Origin: an uncultured Gammaproteobacteria bacterium
GTDB lineage: Bacteria > Pseudomonadota > Gammaproteobacteria > DRLM01
Direction: 5' to 3'
Length of the DNA stretch: 64,000 nt
Assembly (NCBI GenBank): GCA_963729605.1
Contig: CAVSNY010000003.1
Coordinates: forward strand, 224,001-288,000
In this document: one piece after another, positions 35,192-44,476 of the stretch
How the letters are laid out: each line of letters opens with the position of its first letter
How positions within the stretch are numbered: the first letter of the stretch is position 1
Made by a program: the position numbers and the translations under genes
The notes under the pieces: model-generated
Told to the model about the DNA's origin: nothing
Databases searched by the model: none
The model's input: only the letters and a program-made list of their open reading frames with translations

Positions 35192-36631
35192 CTAGGTCTG
35201 CTCTACTTCTTGTCGCCAACGCTGATAACGTGCCTGTAACGCCGGATGATGTGTCGGACTAAAAGAGCGTGCCTTGCTTGATGATTCAAATCCCGCAGAG
35301 GGGCCGGCCATCAACCAGGCCACGCCACGCGCAGTGGCCTCGGTTTGTTCCGGCCGCATGACCGTTGTGCCGCCGAGGTCGGCGAGACGCTGGCAGAGTC
35401 CGTCCAGCCGGGCGAGGCCGCCGCTCACGATCAAGGTTTGGGCCGGTTTGCCCGCGGTCTCGGCCATGAGTTCCAGGTTGACCTGAAGCAAAAACACGAT
35501 GCTCTCGATCACCGCCGTTAGCCTGGCCGCGGCGTTGCCGTCGCCCACGAAATACGAGGGAAGCTCGGGCCGCCAGTAAGGACTGCCCAGTCCGGCGACG
35601 CCGTTGATGAACAGGGGCGGTGACGGGGTTTGGGCCATCCAGTCGGGTAAGCCGGCGGTGATTTCAGCGTCGGTGATTTTCAGTTGGGCGGCGGCCCAGC
35701 TCAAGGCGCTGCCGGCGCCGTTGACGGTGCCTTCCAAGACATAGGTGCGCCTTTCCGCGTCGGCGTACGCCAGGCTGGTGAGCAGGCGTGTCGGCGCGGG
35801 GCGTGCCGGCGTGGGACGCTGGAGGAAGGCGCCGGTGCCGAGGTTGATGAGCACGGTGTCGGGATCGATGGGGCCAAAACCGAAGAGGGCCGCGGATTGA
35901 TCGCCGGTCACGACGGTGAGTGGGATGCGTCGCCGGCCTATCACGAGATGACCGAATGCATGCCGGCTAGGTACACAAGCCGGCAACACGGCGGCGGGGA
36001 TGCCGAATACATTCAGCAGATCGGGATCCCAGTCCGCGGTCGTCAGATTGAATAACAGGGTGCGGGAGGCGTTGGCGGGATCGGCGAGGATGTTGCCTTC
36101 CGCCGTCAAACGCGCCGTTAAAAAACCGGCCAAGGGACCGGCGGCCAAACGGCCTTCTTCGAGCGCCGTTTGCACCTCGGGCAGTCGATCCAGACACCAG
36201 CGCAGTTTGCTGGCCCCGTAGTGCGGAGAGAGGACCAGGCCGGTGCGCTGTTGTATGAAGGGTTCCGCGTGGGAAAGGCCGCTCAGCCAGTCGGCCATGC
36301 GGCGGTCTTGCCAGCTGAGGATGGGCGACAAGGCGCGGCCGTTGCGTCTGTCCCAGCACACGATAGTGGAGCGCTGGGTGGCGAGTCCCGCCGCGATGAT
36401 GGGGATATGCTCGGCGACTTGCCTCGTCACCTCCGCGACCGCCTCCCGCACCGAGGCCACCATCGCCTCGGCGTCGTGCTCCACCTGTTGCGGCGCGGGA
36501 TGATACGTCGTGATGGGTACGGCGGCGTGGGCTACGGTCCGACCGCGGCGATCGAACAGGACGGCACGGCTGGCGTGGCCGCCTTGATCGATGGCGAGGT
36601 AGAGTCCTTGGCCGCCGCGGTATTCGTTCAC
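35192..36631 (-). CDS. FGGY-family carbohydrate kinase (glycerol kinase-like)
   Basis: AIDQGG, ATQRST, SWQDRR, DPANASRT, GDQSAALFG, NLGTGAF. Confidence 0.88.
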   Translation of the reverse strand: MNEYRGGQGLYLAIDQGGHASRAVLFDRRGRTVAHAAVPITTYHPAPQQVEHDAEAMVASVREAVAEVTRQVAEHIPIIAAGLATQRSTIVCWDRRNGRALSPILSWQDRRMADWLSGLSHAEPFIQQRTGLVLSPHYGASKLRWCLDRLPEVQTALEEGRLAAGPLAGFLTARLTAEGNILADPANASRTLLFNLTTADWDPDLLNVFGIPAAVLPACVPSRHAFGHLVIGRRRIPLTVVTGDQSAALFGFGPIDPDTVLINLGTGAFLQRPTPARPAPTRLLTSLAYADAERRTYVLEGTVNGAGSALSWAAAQLKITDAEITAGLPDWMAQTPSPPLFINGVAGLGSPYWRPELPSYFVGDGNAAARLTAVIESIVFLLQVNLELMAETAGKPAQTLIVSGGLARLDGLCQRLADLGGTTVMRPEQTEATARGVAWLMAGPSAGFESSSKARSFSPTHHPALQARYQRWRQEVEQT

Positions 36632-36697
36632 GGGTGTTGCATGGTGGGATCGACACCCCCGATTCGCGCGTAGCGACCTCGGCGGCGGATTACCAGT

Positions 36698-37138
36698 CTA
36701 TTTATTTTCCCCCGGCGCCACGGTGATGGTGATTTTTTCCGAAACGACCGGCGGTGTGTGCGGCAGATGGTGTTGGTCGCCCAGGATGAGTTGCAGCGTG
36801 TGTTTACCCGGCGGCAGTTCGAGGCGGGTCTCGGTCTGGCCGCCGCCGAAGTGACGATGCTGGTTGTCCTTGGGTATGGGCTGATCCAGCGGCGGCAGGG
36901 TATCTACATCGATCAATAAATGGTGGTGACCGGTATTGGCTTGCTCCACGCCGGCGGGCGCCACACCCATATTGCTCAAACCAAACAGCACGGTCACCGG
37001 GCTGGTAACCGTTGCGCCGTTGGCGGGGGAGATGATGTAGACCTTGGCCCCTTCCGGTGCGACCGAGGCCGCGAAACCAGGGGCGGCGAATGCCAGGGTT
37101 GTGCAAATAACGACTAGCAGACTGCTGATTGTTTTCAT
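36698..37138 (-). CDS. Secreted DUF4399 domain protein
   Basis: Signal peptide, GVAPAG..NTGHHHLLID, HFGGGQTE..LPPGKHTLQL. Confidence 0.88.
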   Translation of the reverse strand: MKTISSLLVVICTTLAFAAPGFAASVAPEGAKVYIISPANGATVTSPVTVLFGLSNMGVAPAGVEQANTGHHHLLIDVDTLPPLDQPIPKDNQHRHFGGGQTETRLELPPGKHTLQLILGDQHHLPHTPPVVSEKITITVAPGENK

Positions 37139-37414
37139 GGGGTTTCCTTGGGGTGCTGGCCAAACAAAAAGAGGGACAGGATCGATATTTTTATCATACC
37201 GCCGGAGGATTCTACACTTCCTGGTCATTGATAGAGGAAAAAACTGTCACGACAAGGAGTAAACCCCATGCTGGTTAAAATCGGCATCTGGCCGGACGGC
37301 CTTGAATAAAAAGTCGTTCTATTAAAAAGCCGAATAATCCTCGCCTTAAAGCAGAGGCGGGCCGAGTTTTTGCCTGAAAAAGTGAGGTTTAACACGGTAG
37401 CCTGTTGCTCCGGC

Positions 37415-37441
37415 TAAAGCTTTATCGCCCCCGGCCGATTC
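37415..37441 (+). promoter_or_regulatory. Sigma28 (FliA)-type promoter
   Basis: TAAA-N15-GCCGATTC against consensus TAAA-N15-GCCGATAA, about 30 nt upstream of the 37474 start. Confidence 0.6.
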
Positions 37442-37473
37442 TATCCGGTAAGTAGTCTGCAGGGGGATCTTAT

Positions 37474-38466
37474 ATGTTGTATTTCAAATTACCCTCAAGC
37501 TCTAGATCCCTACAGTTAGTTTCGGTAGTCATGAAGGCTACAACTTTGCTGTTTTTTCCGCTGGGCATTTTTGTGGCGCATGCCGCTTTCGATCTCAATT
37601 GGGCGCGTGACGAAGGAGGTTATGTCAATAACGATGCCCATGTTGCTTGTGACATGAGCTATATCTCGGATAATTGTGGTGGTTTCGGCACCCTGAATGG
37701 CTCTCACGTTGATGGTACCGCGTTTTTCCAGCAGCAATTCGATAATGGGGGTCAAACCTATTTCCATCTCATCGTGGGCGATCATACAAGAGATGCCTTC
37801 GCGCAAGAGGTGATCATCAAGGCAAACGCGGGCAACAATTACTGGGACAATCGCAGCAATAACATCGCGGTGTCGCATACCAGAGCCAACACCAGCGACC
37901 AAACCTTCAGTATGTCGCAACCCTATAGCAGCGATTCGACCCGGACCGGTACGGGCTCCGGCAATCCCAATAGCGTCATCATGCGCCAGGTGATCGACAG
38001 CGGTGAAATCGTGCAAGAATTCTTGAAGGACTCCTTTACCCAAAAACCCAAGATCACCCAAACCATCACCGGTGCCGGGGCGCAAGCGGGCATGGTGAGC
38101 ACGGTGGTCATCGACATGAGCGGGAAGAATTATTCGGACCTGACACCGATTACCGCGGGTTCGTTCACCAACACCCTTACTCTGAGCGGCGCGCTCATCA
38201 ACGGGACCAGCGGCAACTTCAACAACAGCACCGACGCGGATTCCAATTACCTGACCGCGGGCGGCTTCACCTACACAACGGGTTCGGGCACGGGCGGCAG
38301 CGCGGGCAATTACACCTACATGGACGCGGCGGACGACGCGAATCCCATATTCGAGCCTTATAACCTCAACTGGCAAGGTTATTGTAAACCCTCCGAGAAT
38401 CCCAATTGGGGTAACGGCGCTTGCAATGGCGGCGGCAGTGGTGGCGGTGGCGGTTGGGGTTGGTAG
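37474..38466 (+). CDS. Secreted Gly/Ser/Thr/Asn-rich protein with C-terminal GGGGGWGW tail (GW-tail family member 1); start 37474 or 37531
   Basis: AGGGGGA RBS, signal peptide ending AHA, two Cys pairs, ends NGGGSGGGGGWGW. Confidence 0.8.
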   Translation: MLYFKLPSSSRSLQLVSVVMKATTLLFFPLGIFVAHAAFDLNWARDEGGYVNNDAHVACDMSYISDNCGGFGTLNGSHVDGTAFFQQQFDNGGQTYFHLIVGDHTRDAFAQEVIIKANAGNNYWDNRSNNIAVSHTRANTSDQTFSMSQPYSSDSTRTGTGSGNPNSVIMRQVIDSGEIVQEFLKDSFTQKPKITQTITGAGAQAGMVSTVVIDMSGKNYSDLTPITAGSFTNTLTLSGALINGTSGNFNNSTDADSNYLTAGGFTYTTGSGTGGSAGNYTYMDAADDANPIFEPYNLNWQGYCKPSENPNWGNGACNGGGSGGGGGWGW

Positions 38467-38491
38467 CGTTTGTCTCTCGGGAATGCTTTAA

Positions 38492-38623
38492 GGAAGCGTT
38501 GAATCATTCCATCCTGGAATTTTCAGAGCACGAAAAACGCAACATGTCATTTTTGCTTTTCTTCATTTTCAATGGCTAACCGCCATTGAAAATGGCGGTA
38601 CCTCTGAATAAATAAAAGGTTCC
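38492..38623. mobile_element. 132-bp MITE (IS5-like ends) flanked by a TTAA duplication
   Basis: Imperfect TIRs GGAAGCGTTGAATCATTC and (rc) GGAACCTTTTATTTATTC; TTAA at 38488-38491 and 38624-38627; internal 13-bp hairpin CATTTTCAATGGC/GCCATTGAAAATG. Confidence 0.65.
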
Positions 38624-40459
38624 TTAATCTAAACCCACCGGTAGCGGAGGCTGTACAAGATCAGGTCTGTTCTTCTGCTCGCTCTTCAGTAGCTGGTGGG
38701 CGCCGATATACAACTCATCCATGGCGGTATTCATGAAACAGCGGAAAGCATCTTCCGGCGTGCATGCGATGGGTTCGCCGCGCACATTGAACGACGTATT
38801 GACGATCACCCCGTAACCGGTCAATTGCTTGAAGCGGGTGATCAAGGCGTGATAGAGCGGATGGGTATCGGCATGCACGGTTTGAACCCGCGCCGAATAA
38901 TCCACATGCGTGACCGCGGGAATATCGGAGCGCGCGATGTTGACCTGATCGAGTCCGCGAATATCGCGTTCGGCATCGGTGCGTTCACGGCGTCGCGAGC
39001 TTTTGACCGGCGCGACCAACAGCATATAGGGACTGTCCACCGCCAAATCGAAATATTCGGCCACGTCTTCGCGCAACACCGAAGGCGCGAACGGGCGAAA
39101 CGACTCGCGGTATTTTATTTTCAGATTCATCACCGATTGGGTGGAGGGTGAGCGCGGGTCGCCTAAAATGCTGCGTGCGCCCAAGGCGCGCGGACCAAAT
39201 TCCATCCGACCTTGAAACCAGCCGATGACCTTGCCGTCGGCGATGGCGCGGGCGGCCTGATCGACCAATTGCGTTTCATCGAGCGCATGGTAATGCGCAC
39301 CGAGACGATCGAGGTCGGCCTTGATTTCTGGGTCGCCGTACGACGGTCCGAGATAGGCGCCATGCATGCCGTCGCGACCGCTGCGTGACGCCCTTTGGCC
39401 TTCGCATTGGAGGTGATAGACTGCCAACGCGGCGCCGACCGCGCCGCCGGCATCACCGGCCGCGGGCTGGATCCACAATCCATCGTATAAACCGCTTTGC
39501 AATAATTTACCGTTGGCCACGCTATTGAGCGCGACGCCGCCCGCCAAACACAGATTCGCCATCCCGTATTCATGGCGGAGGGCGTTTGCCAATTTCAATA
39601 CCACCTCCTCGGTCACCACTTGGATCGAACGGGCCAGGTCCATATCCATTTGCGTGATTTCCGTCTCGGGGCGGCGCGGACCGCGTCCGAATAAGCGATC
39701 GAAATGGCGATTGGTCATGGTGAGACCGGTGCAGTAGTTGAAATAGCGCATGTTCAAACGAAATGAGCCGTCGGCCGCGATCTCGATGAGATGCCGGCGG
39801 ATGAGGTCGGTGTAAACCGGTTCACCGTACGGCGCCAGGCCCATCAGTTTGTATTCGCCGGAGTTGACTTTAAAGCCGGTGAAATAGGTGAAGGCCGAAT
39901 ACAGCAGGCCTAGGGAATGGGGAAAATGGATCTCTCGGATCGGGCGCAGCGTCCGGCCTTTGCCGATCATCACCGAGGTGGTGGTCCATTCACCCACGCC
40001 GTCCATGGTGAGAATCAATGCCTCATCGAACGGCGAGGGATAAAACGCGGAGGCGGCGTGGGAAAGGTGATGTTCCGAGAATAACAACCGTTTTGCGTCA
40101 AAATCCGGGGCGAGGGCCTGCAAGCCGCGGATCAATTCCCGTTTTTGGAAGAGCTTCTCCTTGAGCCACAGCGGCATGGCTTTGACGAAGGAACGGAAGC
40201 CGGCTGGCGCGAAGGCGTGGTAGGTCTCGAGCAGCCGTTCGAATTTGAGGAAGGGTTTTTCGTAAAACACTACCCATTGGATTTCATCGAGGCCGATGCT
40301 GGCTTCGCGCAGGCAGTATTGTATGGACCGTGCGGGAAAACCGGCATCGTGTTTGACGCGAGTGAAGCGCTCCTCTTGCGCCGCGGCGATAACGTCGCCA
40401 TCGCGGATCAGCGCCGCGGCGCTATCGTGGTAATAAGCGGAGAGACCGAGAATCCACAC
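38624..40459 (-). CDS. O-carbamoyltransferase, NodU/CmcH/TobZ family (SxtI-like)
   Basis: ILGLSAYYHDSAAAL, QEERFTRVKHD, EHHLSHAASAF, GEYKLMGLAPYG, AGGVALN, EFGPRALG, KYRESFRPFAP, NTSFN. Confidence 0.95.
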   Translation of the reverse strand: MWILGLSAYYHDSAAALIRDGDVIAAAQEERFTRVKHDAGFPARSIQYCLREASIGLDEIQWVVFYEKPFLKFERLLETYHAFAPAGFRSFVKAMPLWLKEKLFQKRELIRGLQALAPDFDAKRLLFSEHHLSHAASAFYPSPFDEALILTMDGVGEWTTTSVMIGKGRTLRPIREIHFPHSLGLLYSAFTYFTGFKVNSGEYKLMGLAPYGEPVYTDLIRRHLIEIAADGSFRLNMRYFNYCTGLTMTNRHFDRLFGRGPRRPETEITQMDMDLARSIQVVTEEVVLKLANALRHEYGMANLCLAGGVALNSVANGKLLQSGLYDGLWIQPAAGDAGGAVGAALAVYHLQCEGQRASRSGRDGMHGAYLGPSYGDPEIKADLDRLGAHYHALDETQLVDQAARAIADGKVIGWFQGRMEFGPRALGARSILGDPRSPSTQSVMNLKIKYRESFRPFAPSVLREDVAEYFDLAVDSPYMLLVAPVKSSRRRERTDAERDIRGLDQVNIARSDIPAVTHVDYSARVQTVHADTHPLYHALITRFKQLTGYGVIVNTSFNVRGEPIACTPEDAFRCFMNTAMDELYIGAHQLLKSEQKNRPDLVQPPLPVGLD

Positions 40460-40460
40460 G

Positions 40461-40610
40461 TCAAAAAACGGTGTAGATGAAGGGGGCGAGGGCGCTGCCT
40501 TGTACGAAGACGATCAGAGCGCCGAGCAGTAACAAGACCATGATGATGGGCAACAGCCAGATTTTTTTTCGGGCACGCATGAAGGCCCATAATTCGCGGA
40601 TAAAATCCAT
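40461..40610 (-). CDS. 49-aa membrane peptide, DUF5989/SxtK-like, C-terminal FIYTVF (missing from the ORF track)
   Basis: Translated by hand: MDFIRELWAFMRARKKIWLLPIIMVLLLLGALIVFVQGSALAPFIYTVF; overlaps the upstream stop (TGATG) and ends 1 nt before the carbamoyltransferase GTG. Confidence 0.9.
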   Translation of the reverse strand: MDFIRELWAFMRARKKIWLLPIIMVLLLLGALIVFVQGSALAPFIYTVF

Positions 40611-40990
40611 CAGAATTGGTCCTTGAAGGAACTAAAGGTGTTTTCTTCGCGTGAAGTCCAATAACTGGGTGCGGGTCCGGCGCGCAGCTTGAGGGTGTCA
40701 CGGCCGATCATTCTAAATACCAACGCGAGGGGCGTGATCAATAAAAAAAAGGCCAGCGCCAGTAGCAGCCAGGTGTTGAGCGTACCCAGCACATGGCCCA
40801 CCGCCAGCCATACTTTGAGCAGCGGTTTTAGAACGATGGGTGCGGCGAGGGCTAGCACCGCCAAGCCTGCCGCCGCCATCAGCCAGGAATCGGCCGGTGC
40901 TCGGCCATCGAGTGTCGGCCATAGCGCTATCGCCCCGGCGATGCCCGCCAGGATGAGTCCGAATGATCTTTCTTGCCGGTATCCAGCCAT
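40610..40990 (-). CDS. SxtJ-family membrane protein
   Basis: RSFGL, about three TM segments, LKPLLKVW..GHVLG..N, FFLLITP, SYW, terminal KDQF. Confidence 0.88.
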   Translation of the reverse strand: MAGYRQERSFGLILAGIAGAIALWPTLDGRAPADSWLMAAAGLAVLALAAPIVLKPLLKVWLAVGHVLGTLNTWLLLALAFFLLITPLALVFRMIGRDTLKLRAGPAPSYWTSREENTFSSFKDQF

Positions 40991-41235
40991 TTTAAGTTCA
41001 CTTTGAATAGTTCATCGAGACGGCGTTCGGTTGGCGCTAACGGCAAGCGGCTCCGGGGCGATCCCTCCGTTTTTCTATAACGGGAGAGGGCGCGGCTCGC
41101 TTGAACGAATCCTGACCTACCCGTAAAAATATTATTCCGATCAAATAGAAGTCTACCGTAGAGTTCCGGTACAATGCCAGAATTGGCGCCGGCCTCAATC
41201 CACCACAACGTCGAATTCATGTTTTGATCTCCGCT

Positions 41236-43110
41236 ATGCGCAATGTATCTGCCAATCGCAGGAAGCTGCTGCTTTATACCGTAGTGCTGTTTTTTCCGGT
41301 GGCGTTTTTTTTAGTTCTGGAAAGCGGGCTGCGTTATTTTGACTATGGGGAGAATCTGGATTTATTCGTCCCGGCGCCCGCCGGGTTCGCCGATAAAAAC
41401 TTTCTAATGACCAACCCGGAGATCGCCCGGCGTTATTTCTCGTCCCAGTCGTATCGGCCACGCCCGCCGGATGAATATTTCCTCCAAGAGAAGCCTAAGA
41501 ATGGTTATCGGATCTTCGTGCTCGGCGAATCGACGACGGCTGGTTGGCCTTATCCCAATAACGTGATGTTTTCACGGATGCTCAATCAGCGCTTGGCGGA
41601 GGCGTTTCCCGAACGGGACATCGAGGTGGTGAATACCGCCCTCGCCGCGGTGAACAGTTTCACTTTGAATGATTTCATGGATGAGATTCTGGCGCAGCGA
41701 CCCGACGCCATTTTGATATATGCCGGCCACAATGAATTTTATGGCGCGCTGGGCGCCGGTTCCACCGAATCTTTAGGGCGGGTGCGCTGGGTGGTCAAGG
41801 CGTATCTGGCTTTGTTGCGTTTCAAGACCGTGCAGTTATTGCGTGACGTCGTCAATAATTCCAGCGGGTGGATAGCCGGCTTGGTATCGGATAAATCGCC
41901 GCAGGATCCGTACCCCACTTTGATGGGTCGCATGATAGGCGAAGCCAGTATTCCCTACGGCAGCGCAACCTACCAGGTGGCCAAGCGGAATTTTCAGGAA
42001 AATCTGCGGGAGATATTCCGCAAGGCCCAGCGAGCCGGTGTGCGGGTGCTGGCCAGTGATCTGGTGAGCAATGTGCGGGATCACCGGCCGTTTGCCGCGG
42101 TCCATGAAGGCGATGAGCTATCCGCCGATGTGATCTTCGAATGGGCAAAATTGCTCGATAAAGAACAGATGTACGGCATGGCCAGGACGGCTTATTACTG
42201 GGCGAAGGACATGGACGGCCTCCGTTTCCGCGCCTCCGAAGAATTCAACGATGTCATCCATCAGGTGGCGGCCGAGTTTAAAGTGCCGGTGGTACCGATG
42301 AAGTCTTATTTTGAAGCCGTTTCGCCGCAAGGGATCATCGGCGCCAATTTGATGCTGGAACATTTGCATCCCAATAGCGATGGTTATTTGTTGATGAGCG
42401 AAGCCTTTTTTCAGGGAATGCGTCAACATCAATTTATCAGTGCGACGTGGGATGCAAATAAAATCAGGCCTCTTGCTTTCTACGCGCAATATTGGGGCAT
42501 TACTGAACTTGATCGGGCTCTCGGCGCCTTTCGGGTCATGCAGCTGATGGATCATTGGCCGTTTCAGCCGCCTTCATCACCCACGCGTATCTTCGCGGAC
42601 TATCAACCTCAGACCAAGGCGGAAGAACTTGCTTACAGGGTTGCCAAAGAAGAGTTGGACTTTTTTCAGGCGCATGTCGAACTCGCGGCTTATTATTTTC
42701 AGCAGGGACAAAATGAACGGGCATTCGCGGAATATCAAGCGTTGATAAATGCCGTACCTTATGACGCCCATGTTTATCTCAGCGCCGCAAGCGTGTTGCT
42801 GCAACAAAGACAATATGAGCAGGCATTACCTTTGCTTTACGGCTCGCTTACCCTCAAAGACAGCAGTACCGCGAACAAATGGATAGGCCAGATCCATTTA
42901 TATAATAATCGGCCGCAGGAGGCCCTGAAGTTCCTTGAAAAAGCCTTTGCCCTGGAACCGAAAGATACCCAATTGCTTTACAACCTCGCCGGAGCCTATG
43001 GGCTAACCGGCCAGAAGGATAATGGCCGTCGGTTATTCGCGCATTTGGAAAAGCTCGCGCCGGACTTTCCCCGACTGGATCAGCTGAAACAATTATTGAA
43101 TCAACCTTGA
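41236..43110 (+). CDS. Membrane-anchored SGNH/GDSL-family protein with C-terminal TPR repeats
   Basis: N-terminal TM; block I FVLGESTTAG, block III YAGHNE, block V LEHLHPN; TPR-like helices at the C-terminus. Confidence 0.87.
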   Translation: MRNVSANRRKLLLYTVVLFFPVAFFLVLESGLRYFDYGENLDLFVPAPAGFADKNFLMTNPEIARRYFSSQSYRPRPPDEYFLQEKPKNGYRIFVLGESTTAGWPYPNNVMFSRMLNQRLAEAFPERDIEVVNTALAAVNSFTLNDFMDEILAQRPDAILIYAGHNEFYGALGAGSTESLGRVRWVVKAYLALLRFKTVQLLRDVVNNSSGWIAGLVSDKSPQDPYPTLMGRMIGEASIPYGSATYQVAKRNFQENLREIFRKAQRAGVRVLASDLVSNVRDHRPFAAVHEGDELSADVIFEWAKLLDKEQMYGMARTAYYWAKDMDGLRFRASEEFNDVIHQVAAEFKVPVVPMKSYFEAVSPQGIIGANLMLEHLHPNSDGYLLMSEAFFQGMRQHQFISATWDANKIRPLAFYAQYWGITELDRALGAFRVMQLMDHWPFQPPSSPTRIFADYQPQTKAEELAYRVAKEELDFFQAHVELAAYYFQQGQNERAFAEYQALINAVPYDAHVYLSAASVLLQQRQYEQALPLLYGSLTLKDSSTANKWIGQIHLYNNRPQEALKFLEKAFALEPKDTQLLYNLAGAYGLTGQKDNGRRLFAHLEKLAPDFPRLDQLKQLLNQP

Positions 43111-43346
43111 TAAGGACACGAAGTTGCTAACGGACCTTATGTGCGTGTGCCTTAAAGTAAGGCTAGTTGTATTGGAATAGTGGAGACTGTTTCTGTCGCG
43201 GGAGACGGATGTGACCCAAGTTTCGTATTTGGGCTGAGAGTACGAACACTTCGTTACCGCCCCCTCCAGTATGATCCGTGGAGGGCGATAACAAAGTATT
43301 TTACAAAGGTGCTGAAAGGATCGTGGCAGTCTGACGTAAAAATTTA

Positions 43347-44435
43347 CTACCAACCCCAGCCGCCGCTGCCACCACCACTACTACCCCCCTGGTATACGGG
43401 CTTGACGCCGAATGGATCGGTCACCCACGTAAACGGTCCGGTGCCGCTAATTGAGCTGGTAGCAATGCGGTTTTTATTATCGCTGCGATTATCATAGGCC
43501 TGAAAACCGAAGCCCGATTGCGCGACCCAGGTAACCTTGACATCGTCGCCCGGCTGCCAAGTGATGGTGCCGCCACTGCCGCTACTGTCGCTGCTGCTTC
43601 TTCCGCCGCTACCGCCAAAACCACTGCTACCGCTGCGGCTGTTGCCGCCGCTCAGGCTGGCGCTGCCCGATTTGGTGAGCATGTCGCCTGCGACTTCCCG
43701 CATGACGAACATGTTCACGCTGCCGCCGCCATTCCAGCCGAAACCACCACCACCCCAGCCACCACCACCACCGCCACTGCCGTTAAATTGAGAACCATTG
43801 ACGGTCTGGCCGATGTCCAATTTAAAGCCGGTACGGTTACCGTTCGCGTCCAGATTGGCTAGATATTTGAAATCACCCACCATATCAACCGTAGAGCTTA
43901 TCGCGGCGCCGCCAAAGTTCTGGGTGATTTCGATATTGGGTTGTCCGGCAACGGCCGCCCAGCCGGTGTTGATCTGCGCGGTCATCAAGAACTTATCGTT
44001 GCCCGTGCCTCTGACTACCTGCGAAACGGATAAACCCGAGGTTTCACCGCTGGTGGTGGTGGTTGCTTCCGATTCGCCGGCGCTGGTGGTCCATTGCGAG
44101 ATAAAGCCGCCTTGTTTGACGAAAGATTCCGAAGCGAAGGCAACCGTCCCCGGCAAGCCGCTGGCATTGGAGTCGGTGAGTATGCTCTGCATATACCGGC
44201 CATTATTATTACCCGTGCCGGCGGTGATCTCTCTCTGCAACAGTCCGGGCGCCGACGTGGGCGTACCGCAGAGCGCACCGGAGGCGCAGGTCGCCGAGAT
44301 GGCGCCATTATTAACCGACCAGCCACCAAACGGTATCGGCGGCCCACCGGTGACGGTACCCGGGACTACCAGGGGAGTGGCGGCAACCAGCCAGAGCGCC
44401 TTATGTGTGAATAAAGATTTATTATGCTTATTCAT
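43347..44435 (-). CDS. Secreted Gly/Ser-rich protein with C-terminal GSGGWGW tail (GW-tail family member 2)
   Basis: Signal-like N-terminus; clear paralogue of 44477-45436; internal GGGGGGWGGGGFGWNGGG loop. Confidence 0.85.
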   Translation of the reverse strand: MNKHNKSLFTHKALWLVAATPLVVPGTVTGGPPIPFGGWSVNNGAISATCASGALCGTPTSAPGLLQREITAGTGNNNGRYMQSILTDSNASGLPGTVAFASESFVKQGGFISQWTTSAGESEATTTTSGETSGLSVSQVVRGTGNDKFLMTAQINTGWAAVAGQPNIEITQNFGGAAISSTVDMVGDFKYLANLDANGNRTGFKLDIGQTVNGSQFNGSGGGGGGWGGGGFGWNGGGSVNMFVMREVAGDMLTKSGSASLSGGNSRSGSSGFGGSGGRSSSDSSGSGGTITWQPGDDVKVTWVAQSGFGFQAYDNRSDNKNRIATSSISGTGPFTWVTDPFGVKPVYQGGSSGGGSGGWGW

Positions 44436-44476
44436 GGGTTACCTCGAATTGGGTTCCATGTTGCTTAAAAGATTCA

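Noticed and set aside
38624-43110. Saxitoxin biosynthesis cluster (sxtI/J/K/L-like genes)
   Set aside because: No sxtA, sxtG or other core genes are in the window; the four-gene module alone does not indicate toxin synthesis
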